A stretch of 64,000 nt of DNA. It comes from an uncultured delta proteobacterium. GTDB lineage: Bacteria > Myxococcota > Myxococcia > Myxococcales > Myxococcaceae. The notes beneath the pieces were generated by a model, which worked only from the letters and a program-made list of their open reading frames with translations, was not told the origin of the DNA and did not search any database. Each line of letters begins with the position of its first letter. Position 1 is the stretch's first letter. The DNA is taken from the NCBI GenBank assembly GCA_963796055.1, contig CAWCKH010000004.1, forward strand, positions 768,001 to 832,000, given 5' to 3'. Position numbers and translations under genes: made by a program. This document shows positions 9,827 through 20,919 of the stretch, piece by piece.

Positions 9827-10772
9827 GTCGCGCCACGGGCTCGCCGCGCTGGCGCTCGCGGGGGCGCTCGTTCTCCTGGGCTGCACTCCTCGCCCGTGGC
9901 CCGGGGAGCGAAGGGGTCGGCTTCCCGATCTCGCTCCCCCGGCGCTGATCGCCCGGGAGCCATCCTCGGGCCACGCAGGTCTGCTCGCGGTCACCTCCGG
10001 AGAGGGGCGGCCGCAGCGCTGGACGCGGGCGGGCGCGTGGAGTCGCGGGTCGACGAGGGGAATCGCCGCGCGGATCCAGGTGACCCGACCGGCGGTGGTC
10101 GGGGAGGAGCACTCCCTCGTCGAGGTGGAGGCGCAGCTCGGCAGCGTCGCACGCCACGCCGTGGAGATCGGGATCCGGACCTCCCGCCTGGAGTACGGCG
10201 ACTCCGATCCGCACCTCTTCGTCTTCGCCTGGGTCGCCGGGCGCCGGACCTGCTACGACCGATGCGGCTGGCAGGGGGTGCCCGCCGGCGCTCGCCCGGG
10301 CGAGGACCTCGCCGGACGGATCGGGACGGAGGTCACGCTGGGCCTCGTGCTGCACGAGGGCGCGTGGTGGGCATGGATGGACTCGGAGTGGCTGGGGGCC
10401 TTTCCGCTCGACGTCTGGAACGGCGCCTTCTCCGAAGCGGATGGGCTCCAGTGGTTCGGCGAGGTATTTGCTCCCGACGCCAGGCCTCGCTCGGAGATGG
10501 GCACCGGCCTCGCTGCCACCGTACCGGGCGCGGCGACGCTCCGCGGACTGTGTCACGTGCCGTGGGATCGCTGGGCCTGCGTCGAGGAGGAGCGAACGCA
10601 GCTGCGTGCTGACGCGCCGTCGCGCTATGGCGCGGCGCTCTGGGACGACGGGACTCTGACCTACGGCGGCCCGCAGAAGCCGCCGGCGGTCACACCGCGT
10701 CCACCACCTTCGTCAGCCAGCGCAGGAACGCCTCCGGCGACAGGAAGGTCAGCGCCATCTCGCCCACGTTGA
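9823..10772 (+). CDS. Neprosin-family (glutamic prolyl endopeptidase-like) exported lipoprotein; start codon uncertain
   Basis: Signal-like LAALALAGALVLLGC. Neprosin-like motifs HSLVEV, AVEIG, DPHLFVFAW, CYDRCGW, WLGAFP, QWFGEV, EMGTG and a terminal YGGP. The GTG at 9823 (overlapping the upstream TGA) is one base out of frame with the domain. Confidence 0.75.
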
Positions 10773-11196
10773 TGCGGGTCGCCCCGCCGAGCGTCGCCGG
10801 AATGTTGGGCTGGACCGGAACGCCGTCGACCAGCGTGCCGTTGCGGCTGGCGGCGTCCACCACGTTCCAGCGGGCAATCTGCGTCGGGTCGGGGGTGAAG
10901 TAGGCGTGGAAGCGAGACACGCTGGCGTGGGGGAAGACCAGGTCGTTGTGCTCGGCGCGGCCGACGGTCACCCCGGCGCCGAACGGGTTCGCCCGGCCCT
11001 GGACCTTCTTCACCAGGAACACCACCGGGTTCTCGCGCGAGGGCGCGTGCTCGGGCGGCCTGGTCACCCAGTGCGCATCCGACAGCTCGCCTTCCCAGAC
11101 GACGAGCGGCGTCTCCAGCGCGCCCTGGAGGCCACCCTCGTCATCCACCAGACGGCGGACCCAGTCGGTGAGTGGGGCGCTGGAGGGAAGTTCCAT
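10690..11196 (-). CDS. FHA domain protein
   Basis: FHA signature VGRAEHNDL...SVSRFHA...SRNGT. Start taken as ATG 11196 (MELPSS). Confidence 0.88.
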   Translation of the reverse strand: MELPSSAPLTDWVRRLVDDEGGLQGALETPLVVWEGELSDAHWVTRPPEHAPSRENPVVFLVKKVQGRANPFGAGVTVGRAEHNDLVFPHASVSRFHAYFTPDPTQIARWNVVDAASRNGTLVDGVPVQPNIPATLGGATRINVGEMALTFLSPEAFLRWLTKVVDAV

Positions 11197-11275
11197 GACC
11201 TCTCGAGTCCGGAAGGATTCCGCACGCCACGGTGTAGGTTCAAGTTTCCGTCCGGTGGAGATATGTGGGCATCGC

Positions 11276-11512
11276 ATGTACCGGCGATACACCGTGCACC
11301 GTGACGGAGACCTCCTGGTGGAGGACCTGGGTCCGGACGGCAGGCCCCTCGACCCCGAGCCGGTGCCCCCCGAGGACCGGCTGCCGGTGGAGCTGATCCT
11401 GCTCGGGCCGGACACGGTGGACGCGCGCGCACAGCTGCTGGACCTGCTCGAGCTGGCGTTCGAGATGGAGTCCACCCCCGAGGGAGAGCGCCCGGCACCG
11501 AAGCCACGCTGA
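11276..11512 (+). CDS. Small acidic hypothetical protein (78 aa)
   Basis: ATG 11276, MYRRYTVHRDGDLLVEDL...; GC3-rich codons. Confidence 0.6.
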   Translation: MYRRYTVHRDGDLLVEDLGPDGRPLDPEPVPPEDRLPVELILLGPDTVDARAQLLDLLELAFEMESTPEGERPAPKPR

Positions 11513-11527
11513 GCGCAGACGTCCAGC

Positions 11528-12241
11528 TCAGCGGGAGGGCACCGGCGCACGCGCCTGGGCCACCACCACCATCCGGTCCGCGCCCGGCTCCCAGGGTCGG
11601 CCCTCGAAGTCGCGGTCGCGGCTGAGCGGCTCGAGCCCGGCAGCACCGAGGGCGTGGTCCACCTCCCCGGCGCTGAAGTGACGCAGCAGCAGCCGGTGGA
11701 TGTCGCCGTGCCCCTGGCGGGTGCGCCGGCTGTGGAGATGCGGGGTGAACACCGCGCGCTCGGGCTGCACGCCCTCGTGCGGGTCCACATCGTCGGGAAC
11801 GAGCCAGCGCGGCGGAGGCAGCGACAGGTCGAAGGCGAAGCTCGCCCCGGGCAGGAGGTGCTCGCGGGCGGTGAGGAAGAGCGCCTCGAGGTCGCTCCGC
11901 GTCGCCACCAGCGCCACCGCGTCGCGCGGGGCGAACACCGCGGCGAACCGCTGCGTGAGGCGAAGCGAGCGCAGGTCGGCGCGGAGCAGCTGCATCCGTC
12001 CCTGCCACTCGGGGGGAAGACCGCTCCGCGTCTCCTCGGCCCGGGCGAGCATGCGCGGGCTCGGCTCCGCGCCGGTCACCGGAACGCCACGCCGCACCAG
12101 CGCCTCGGCGAGCCGACCGTCGGCCACGCCCAGCACCAGCACCGGGCCGCCGGCCTCGGGGAGAAGCGACGCGTAGCGCGCCACCTCGCCCCGCGCTCCG
12201 CCCACCACCGTGAACGATCTCCGCCGCTCTCCACGCGCCAT
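11528..12241 (-). CDS. Class I SAM-dependent methyltransferase-like protein
   Basis: Motif I-like GPVLVLGVADGRLA, then VTGAEPSPRMLARA, ADLRSL, and REHLLPGASFAFD. Confidence 0.8.
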   Translation of the reverse strand: MARGERRRSFTVVGGARGEVARYASLLPEAGGPVLVLGVADGRLAEALVRRGVPVTGAEPSPRMLARAEETRSGLPPEWQGRMQLLRADLRSLRLTQRFAAVFAPRDAVALVATRSDLEALFLTAREHLLPGASFAFDLSLPPPRWLVPDDVDPHEGVQPERAVFTPHLHSRRTRQGHGDIHRLLLRHFSAGEVDHALGAAGLEPLSRDRDFEGRPWEPGADRMVVVAQARAPVPSR

Positions 12242-12381
12242 GTGTGCCACACAATCCCGCAGGCACCGGAGTACCACACCACCGGCCGGTCGTTGTGCGC
12301 GAGGGTGTGCCTTCCGCGCTCCACAAGTCGGGACGGACCTTTCGTTGCGTGCCGAACTCCGTAGAATGGTGGCCCCCCGCG

Positions 12382-13742
<1,361 letters not shown>

Positions 13743-13746
<4 letters not shown>

Positions 13747-15995
13747 GCCGCCGCCGCTCAGCGTTGCTCGCGGGGAGCTTCGCGCTCCTCGCGCTGGTGG
13801 CCGGAATCGCCTGGCAGACCCAGCTGCGCCGGCCCGAGCCTCGGCTCACCGAGGTGGGCCCGCGGGTGGTGAGCAACCAGACCAGCCAGCCACTGTCGCT
13901 CTACGGCCAGAACCTCCGCAGCGGCATGAGGCTGCGGCTGTCGGCCCCCTTCGATCGCACGGTGCCGTTGACGGTGGTGGATCCGGGGCACGCCTACGTC
14001 CGGCTTCCGGCGGACCTCACCCTCCCACCCGAGACCCCGCAGGTGACGGTGGTGCTCTCGGTGGAGGGCCAGCGGGCGCGGTCCGAGGTGGGGCTCACGG
14101 TGGTGAACGACGCCGCCTTCGCCGACTGGACCTTGCTGGTCCGCGCCGGCGACCTGCTGTGGGCCGCCTCGACCACCACCGACGCGCTGGCGCTGATCGA
14201 TCCGCTGAAGGGCGAGGTCACCCACTTCCCCGGAGGTGACGGACCCTCGGCCCTGGCGGGGTGGACCGAGCCCGACGGCGAGCAACGGCTGGCGGTGGCG
14301 CACGCCTGGGCACCCGAGCTGTGGATCCTCGACGCCCGCACCGGCGCCGTCCTTCGCACGCTCGCCGCGCCGGCCTACGCGACCGGGGTGGTGGTGGACG
14401 CGCGCCGGCGTCTGGCCATCGTCGCCGAGACGGCGGAGAACACGGTGCGGGCGCTCTCGCTCGAGGACGGCCGCGAGCGCTGGCGCAGCGAGGTGCTGCC
14501 CGATCCGAAGCCGCTTGCCCTGGCCGGGGACCTGGTGGTGGTGGGTAGCCAGGGCAGCGGCGAGCTGCAGACCCTGGCGCTGGACGACGGCCGGGCCACC
14601 GACTCCATCGGCCCCAGGCCGGGCACGCCCATCGTCGGCGGTCACACCGAGCCGCACGCGCGTGACGTGATGGGCGGCAAGGCGCCGCGCTCGCTGTTCT
14701 GGTCCACCCGGCTGGGGAAGCTCTTCGTCACCAGCATCGGTCCCAACATCGGCCCCAACCCCCAGCGGATGGAGGTCTCGATGAACGGCGGAGTGGGGGT
14801 GGTGGACCTCGGCACGCACCGCTTCGAGCGACATCTGGGCTTCGGCGCGGGGGTGACCGAGGGCCTGGCGCTGGACGACGATCAGGGCCGGCTCTACGTG
14901 GCGGACATCGGGCTGGGGCTGGTGCGCGCGGTGAACGCCGCGGCGCTGGCCTCCAGTGAAAGTCAGGCACGACAGGCGGAGCTGTGGAGGCTGCCCATCC
15001 TGCCTCCCCCCGATTTCCCGCTCGCCCGCGCGGCGGCGGACTACGGGGTGAACGGCCGGGCGGGCGTGGAGCTGCACTCCGGCCCCCGGGCCCTCGCGCT
15101 CTCCGCGACCGGCACCGTGCTGTACGTGCTGGACCGGTTCACCGCCACGGTGGCGATCGTCGACGGGGTGCGCACCGCGCAGCCACGGGTGGAGCGGCAA
15201 ATCACGCTCCAGCCCGGCATCGGGGCACGGGAGCGGCGGCTCGGGCAGGTGCTGTACTTCACCGACATGGGCCAGAGCGGGATGAGCTGCGACGCCTGCC
15301 ACCTCGAAGGGCACGACGAGGGCATCCTCTTCGAGAAGACCCACCCGCTGCGCATCTACCGGAGCCCCACGGTGCGCGGCACCCGCGAGACCCCGCCCTA
15401 CTTCACCCCGGCGAGCACGTTCAGCCTGGCCGAGACCTCGCGGATGGTGGGCGACCGGAACCGGTACATGAACCCGACGCTCACCGAGTCCGAGGTTCGC
15501 CAGCTCACCCTGTTCAGCGCGACGGTGACCAACCTCCCCAACCCCTACCGTGGCCCCGACGGGGCGCCGCCCGCCTCGCTCGCCCTGCCCGGAGGAGGGA
15601 CCGGCCGGCCGGCGGAGGGGAGGCGGCTCTTCGACGGCAAGGCGGACTGCGTCCGTTGCCATCCGCCCCCGCTCTTCACCACCGATCAGGAGCTGTCGAC
15701 CCGCGGCCACTTCATCGACGTGGGCACTCCGCGGGCGTTTCCGCTGCGAACCGGAGATCAGGAGATGGTCTTCCGGGGTGTGGGCGTGCCCTCGCTGGTC
15801 GGAGGCTGGGACGTGTTCCCCATGCTGACCACCGGGCTGGCGGGCTTCCGCGAGGAGAACGGCCGGGCGGTGGTCGCCGACCGCGTGCCGCTGCGGGCGA
15901 TGATCGACCGGTACTCCGCCCCGCCGCACGGGAACGCCGCGGCGCTCGACGCGCAGCAGAGGGCTGACCTGCTCGCCTATCTCCTGACGCTCTGA
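13743..15995 (+). CDS. mtsA: MtsA-like protein: N-terminal anchor, YVTN-type beta-propeller and di-heme cytochrome c domain
   Basis: GTG 13743 overlaps the activator stop. Two CxxCH motifs (SCDACH, DCVRCH). Cytochrome c peroxidase-like motifs SPTVRG..ETPPYF and DLLAYLLTL. First gene of an mts-like locus. Confidence 0.75.
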
Positions 15996-16170
15996 GACCT
16001 GCGCGCCAGCGTCCCCGTGGTGGAGGGTGCCGAGCACCGTGATCTGGCTGCCGAGCCGGGCCCGGGTGTGGAGCCGAGACCCGGACCGGGCGCCACAGCC
16101 CACGGACGCCCACCGCAGGCCCGTTCACCAACTCCACGCATTCCCGACGTTTCGCTGCTCCAGCGCGCGC

Positions 16171-16186
16171 TGGATCGCCAGTTGCT
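16171..16186 (+). promoter_or_regulatory. Putative sigma54 (-24/-12) promoter for mtsC copy 1
   Basis: TGGATCGCCAGTTGCT matches GG-N10-GC with a TTGCT -12 box. It lies 38 bp before the ATG, with a GGAG RBS in between. Confidence 0.6.
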
Positions 16187-16223
16187 AGCGACGACGAGCA
16201 AACGGCGCATCTGGAGACTTCGC

Positions 16224-17535
16224 ATGACCCGAGCTCTTGGAACGGTGGTGGTCGGCCTGGCCCTGCTCTGGGCCGTGCCATCACTCGCGCAGAACGCTGA
16301 CAACCCGGAATGTCTCGGCACCCAGTGCGGCGCGCCCAAGGAGGAGGGCGGCGGCTGCGGCTGCGGGTGTGGCTGCGGCTGCTCGGTGTGGGTGAGCTAC
16401 ACCGACGACGGCAAGACGCTGTCCTACACCGACGACGCCGACGGTGACGGCAAGTCCGACGGCTTCGACAACTGCCCCTTCGTCGCCAACCGCGACCAGG
16501 CCGACGGCGACGGTGACGGCGTGGGCAATGCCTGCGACAACTGCTCCAGCGTTGCCAATCCCGACCAGCGCGACACCGACGGCGATGGCAAGGGTGACGC
16601 CTGCGATGACGACAGCGACGGCGACGGCATCCTCAACGCCCAGGACAACTGCCCCAACATTCCCAACGCCGACCAGCTCGACACCGACCAGGATGGCAAG
16701 GGCGACGCCTGTGACGAGGACGACGACAACGACGGCGTCGCCGACGCGGCGGACCACTGCCCCCGCTACCACGATGCCAGCAACCCCGCCCACCATCGCC
16801 GGCGTGCAGTGCGTGGTGGACTCCGACAATGACGGCGTCGACGATGCCCGCGACAACTGCCCCACCGTGGCCAACGTCGACCAGAAGGACACCGACAACG
16901 ACGGCATCGGTGACGCCTGCGACAAGGACATCGACAACGACGGCGTGCTGAATGCCCAGGACAACTGCGTCAAGGACGCCAACGCCGACCAGCGCGACGA
17001 CGACGGCGACGGCGTGGGCGACGTCTGCGACCCGAGGTACTGCGTGGTCGTCGACCCGTCCAACCCCAACGCCTGCCTCGACCCCAACGCCGCCTTCGCG
17101 GTGAGCGCCGGTGGCAGCATCACCCTCAAGCGGGGTGAGGCCCTGCGGCTGCCGCTGTTCGCCAACCGCAACAACGTGGGCATCAGCTACAGCTGGACCG
17201 TCAGCGCGCGGCCCTCCGGCTCTTCGGCCGCGGTCCAGAACCCCATCGGCGTGGCCAGCGTCAGCCGTCACTGGAGCTACGCGTACCCGGACGCGGTGGG
17301 CAAGCCCATCTTCACCCCCGACGCCGAGGGCGAGTTCACCCTGCAGCTGACCGCGAAGATGGTGACCCCGGATGCGCGTTACCCCGGGGTGAGCCAGTCC
17401 ACTGCGGCGCTGACGGTGAAGGTCCAGCCGAGTGCCTCGGCCAGCGGCGGCTGCACCGCGCTGCCCTTGGGCGCTCCGGGCGTGGGTCTGGCCCTCGCCG
17501 CCCTCGGCCTCCTCGTCCGCCGCCGCCGTTCATGA
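16224..17535 (+). pseudogene. mtsC: Thrombospondin type-3 repeat MYXO-CTERM protein MtsC, copy 1, with a +1 C frameshift at 16784-16787
   Basis: Signal peptide and DNCP..N.DQ.D.DGDG.GDACD repeats, ending [28 protein letters not shown]. Alignment with the intact copy 2 shows one extra C (aaccccgcccacc vs aacccccccacc). Confidence 0.85.
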
Positions 17536-17542
17536 GCAGCAC

Positions 17543-17608
17543 GACTCCGGAGATCCGCCGGGACAACTGACTCCCCTTTCGCGCCGCGTCCCGGCGGCCT
17601 CCGAAGTC
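17543..17608 (+). other. Long hairpin in the 3' region of mtsC copy 1 (candidate structured RNA)
   Basis: ccgccgggac (17555-17564) pairs with gtcccggcgg (17588-17597). The outer stem is gactccggag/ctccgaagtc, and the loop contains ACTCCCC. Confidence 0.5.
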
Positions 17609-17609
17609 G

Positions 17610-17652
17610 ACCCGCCACGGTGAGTCCCCCGCTCCCCGTGGCGGGTTTTTTT
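17610..17652 (+). terminator. Rho-independent terminator after mtsC copy 1
   Basis: Stem cccgccacgg (17611-17620) / ccgtggcggg (17636-17645) followed by T7. Confidence 0.85.
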
Positions 17653-17777
17653 CTTCGGGGTTCGACGTGGGCGGCTGTCGCACCGAAGCGCACGAGGGCG
17701 ACGGGAAGATGATGGTGGAAAAATCCACGGGCGATCGGTGGAGCCACATCGCGGGTACACTCCGCGGTCTCCCACGC

Positions 17778-19367
17778 ATGCGCAGGCTCCTCGCTCTCGT
17801 TCTCCTCGCCTCGACCGTTGCCTGCACCGACGCCGGCGTGTACGCCCTGCAGGGAAGCGGAATCCCCGGACCGGATCGCACCGCGTTCGAGGGAGACGTC
17901 TGCGTGCCACTGGCCGCCGGCGACACCTTCCCGGTGAAGGTGCTCTTCGTGGTCGAAGGCGGGAACACCGTCCCGGTCTCGACGGTGGGGGCGATCGTCA
18001 CCAGCATCCAGAACGCGGCCCAGCGCTCGGGCACCAACGTGAAGTTCGCGCTCGCCGCGTACCACGTCACCGCCCAGGGGCTGCAGGGCAGCTTCGTGGA
18101 CGGGGTGCAGATGCTGGGGCAGCTGACGAACTACCCCGCCTTCCAGCAGGTGGGGCCGGTGAGCATGCGCAGCGCGCTCAAGCTCGCCAAGAGCATCCTC
18201 TCCGGCGACATGCAGACCGCCTGCCGGGGCTCGGTGAACCGCACCCGGTACCTGGTGATCATGATCCAGACCTCGGCGGACACCAGCTGCGACTACCCCG
18301 CGCTCAACGCCGGGCTGAGCACCGCCTGTACCGTGCTGCCCACCTCGCTGGATTGCTCCAAGTGCGAGCTCACCGAGGTGACCGGGGAGATCAAGGCGCT
18401 CGAGCAGCAGTACGGCGCGGGCCAGGTCTCGGTCCAGCCGATCTACGTCTTCGACACCCCGCCCGGGCCGGATCAGGCGGTGATCGATCAGGACACCGTC
18501 ATCTCCACCTCCGGAGGAGGGACCACTCCCCGGACCGCCAACGACCAGACGCTGGACGCGGTGCTGGGAGGAATCAGCTTCGCCTCGGTGCAGCGCGAGC
18601 TCTCCATCAAGCGCTTCTTCGCCTTCAACCGGAACGCGCTGGCCCGCGGTGGCCAGCAGCTGGTCGACTCCGACGGAGACGGGCTGGCCGACGACGAGGA
18701 GAAGACCATCGGCACCGACCCGCTGAACCCGGACACCGACGGCGACGGGCTGGGGGACGGGCTGGAACGCGCCGCGGGGCTCGATCCGCTGAAGGACGAC
18801 ATCACCGGCGTCATCCAGTGCAACCCCTTCCTCGACGACGACGCCGACCTCCTCAACGAGTGCGAGGAGCGGGTCATCGGCACCGATCCCTGCGTGGCCG
18901 ACAGCGACGGCGATGGGCTCAGCGACTTCGTCGAGGTGATGTCCCGCACCAATCCCCTCACCCCCGAGGACCTCATCGACACCGATCGCGACGGCGCCTC
19001 CAACGCCGACGAGGTCACCAGCCACACCGATCCGTTGAGCAACGACGGCGAGTACCGGGCGGACCGGGGATACGTCGTCCAGGTGAGCGACGCGGAGCCC
19101 ACCGTGGATGGCCGCGCCTGCTACCACGTGCGCGCGACCAACGTCTCGCTGGTGGCCACCCAGGCCCGGCCCGACGCGCTCGGCAACATCATCCCCGCCG
19201 GCACCAACGACATCATCCTGTACTTCCAGTCGGGCCGGTCCAACGACCCGCACGGCGTCGGCATCGCCGAGACGTTCGAGCAGCGGGTGGTCTTCTCGCC
19301 GCCCAACAACAAGAACCCGGGGGGGACGATCGGTCTGTCCCCCGAGGCCTTCGTGGTCGGACGATGA
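17778..19367 (+). CDS. mtsB: MtsB-like lipoprotein: degenerate VWA domain plus Ca-binding DxDGDG repeats
   Basis: Lipobox STVAC. FPVKVLFVVEGGNT aligns with the VWA start of its paralogs but lacks DxSxS. Contains DSDGDGL/GTDP repeats. Confidence 0.75.
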   Translation: MRRLLALVLLASTVACTDAGVYALQGSGIPGPDRTAFEGDVCVPLAAGDTFPVKVLFVVEGGNTVPVSTVGAIVTSIQNAAQRSGTNVKFALAAYHVTAQGLQGSFVDGVQMLGQLTNYPAFQQVGPVSMRSALKLAKSILSGDMQTACRGSVNRTRYLVIMIQTSADTSCDYPALNAGLSTACTVLPTSLDCSKCELTEVTGEIKALEQQYGAGQVSVQPIYVFDTPPGPDQAVIDQDTVISTSGGGTTPRTANDQTLDAVLGGISFASVQRELSIKRFFAFNRNALARGGQQLVDSDGDGLADDEEKTIGTDPLNPDTDGDGLGDGLERAAGLDPLKDDITGVIQCNPFLDDDADLLNECEERVIGTDPCVADSDGDGLSDFVEVMSRTNPLTPEDLIDTDRDGASNADEVTSHTDPLSNDGEYRADRGYVVQVSDAEPTVDGRACYHVRATNVSLVATQARPDALGNIIPAGTNDIILYFQSGRSNDPHGVGIAETFEQRVVFSPPNNKNPGGTIGLSPEAFVVGR

Positions 19368-19505
19368 CCCCGCTGATCCACCGGATCCGGAAGGGGACCA
19401 CACCCCACAGCCCCAGAGGGGGGCCGACCCCACAACCACATGGTCCGGAGTGGAACCTCTCGCACAAGTCGCCGGATCACAGCGGTTTTTTGAGACCCGG
19501 ACGAG

Positions 19506-19521
19506 CGGCGCGCCTTTTGCT
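19506..19521 (+). promoter_or_regulatory. Putative sigma54 (-24/-12) promoter for mtsC copy 2 and the downstream genes
   Basis: CGGCGCGCCTTTTGCT matches GG-N10-GC and is close to the TGGCACG-N4-TTGC consensus. It lies 38 bp before ATG 19559. Confidence 0.65.
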
Positions 19522-19558
19522 CTCTCGCTCCCTCGCTCCTGCGGAAGGGATTGGAACC

Positions 19559-20869
19559 ATGAAGAACTCACGACTGATCGGATCGCTGGTGGTCGGCCTC
19601 ACGCTCGCGTGGGCCGTGCCGGCGTTGGCGCAGAACAGTGACAACCCCGAATGTCTCGGCACCGAGTGCGGCGCGCCCAAGGAAGAGGGCGGCGGCTGTG
19701 GCTGCGGCTGCGGTTGCTCGGTGTGGGTGAGCTACACCGACGACGGCAAGACGCTGTCCTACACCGACGACGCCGATGGTGATGGCAAGTCCGACGGCTT
19801 CGACAACTGCCCCTTCGTCGCCAACCGCGACCAGGCCGACGGCGACGGTGACGGCGTGGGCAATGCCTGCGACAACTGCTCCAGCGTTGCCAATCCCGAC
19901 CAGCGCGACACCGACGGCGATGGCAAGGGTGACGCCTGCGATGACGACAGCGACGGCGACGGCATCCTCAACGCCCAGGACAACTGCCCCAACATTCCCA
20001 ACGCCGACCAGCTCGACACCGACCAGGATGGCAAGGGCGATGCCTGTGACGAGGACGACGACAACGACGGCGTCGCCGACGCGGCGGACCACTGCCCCCG
20101 CTACCACGATGCCAGCAACCCCCCCACCGTCGCCGGCGTGCAGTGCGTGGTGGACTCCGACAATGACGGCGTCGACGATGCCCGCGACAACTGCCCCACC
20201 GTGGCCAACGTCGACCAGAAGGACACCGACAACGACGGCATCGGTGACGCCTGCGACAAGGACATCGACAACGACGGCGTGCTGAATGCCCAGGACAACT
20301 GCGTCAAGGACGCCAACGCCGACCAGCGCGACGACGACGGCGACGGCGTGGGCGACGTCTGCGACCCGAAGTACTGCGTGGTTGTCGACCCGTCCAACCC
20401 CAACGCCTGCCTCGACCCCAACGCCGCCTTCGCGGTGAGCGCCGGTGGCAGCATCACCCTCAAGCGGGGTGAGGCCCTGCGGCTGCCGCTGTTCGCCAAC
20501 CGCAACAACGTGGGCATCAGCTACAGCTGGACCGTCAGCACGCGGCCCTCCGGCTCTTCAGCCGCGGTCCAGAACCCCATCGGCGTGGCCAGCGTCAGCC
20601 GTCACTGGAGCTACGCGTACCCCGACGCGGTGGGCAAGCCGACCTTCACTCCGGATTCGGATGGCGACTTCACCCTGCAGCTGACCGCGAAGATGGTGAC
20701 CCCGGATGCGCGTTACCCCGGGGTGAGCCAGTCCACCGCGGCGCTGACGGTGAAGGTCCAGCCGAGTGCCTCGGCCAGCGGCGGCTGCACCGCGCTGCCC
20801 CTGGGCGCTCCGGGCGTGGGTCTGGCCCTCGCCGCCCTCGGTCTCCTCGTCCGCCGTCGCCGGCAGTAA
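19559..20869 (+). CDS. mtsC: Thrombospondin type-3 repeat MYXO-CTERM cell-cohesion protein MtsC, copy 2 (intact)
   Basis: Signal MKNSRLIGSLVVGLTLAWAVPALA, a CGCGCGC motif, TSP3 repeats, and a MYXO-CTERM tail (GGC + TM + RRRR). Confidence 0.9.
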   Translation: MKNSRLIGSLVVGLTLAWAVPALAQNSDNPECLGTECGAPKEEGGGCGCGCGCSVWVSYTDDGKTLSYTDDADGDGKSDGFDNCPFVANRDQADGDGDGVGNACDNCSSVANPDQRDTDGDGKGDACDDDSDGDGILNAQDNCPNIPNADQLDTDQDGKGDACDEDDDNDGVADAADHCPRYHDASNPPTVAGVQCVVDSDNDGVDDARDNCPTVANVDQKDTDNDGIGDACDKDIDNDGVLNAQDNCVKDANADQRDDDGDGVGDVCDPKYCVVVDPSNPNACLDPNAAFAVSAGGSITLKRGEALRLPLFANRNNVGISYSWTVSTRPSGSSAAVQNPIGVASVSRHWSYAYPDAVGKPTFTPDSDGDFTLQLTAKMVTPDARYPGVSQSTAALTVKVQPSASASGGCTALPLGAPGVGLALAALGLLVRRRRQ

Positions 20870-20919
20870 GCCGGCTCCGGCCCCCGGGGGTTTCAGGTCA
20901 ACCCAGCGATCCGACGAAC

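Noticed and set aside
8541..10772. 743-aa ORF as a single gene
   Set aside because: The first 167 codons overlap the CHAT gene out of frame and the middle has off-frame composition. It is better explained as two genes with indels.
17738..19558. N-terminal extension of track ORF 17738-20869, and similarly of 45953-48391, 38235-41384, 29653-31215 and 56214-57968
   Set aside because: These are Arg/Pro-rich off-frame reads across neighbouring genes. The real starts with signals or RBS lie downstream.
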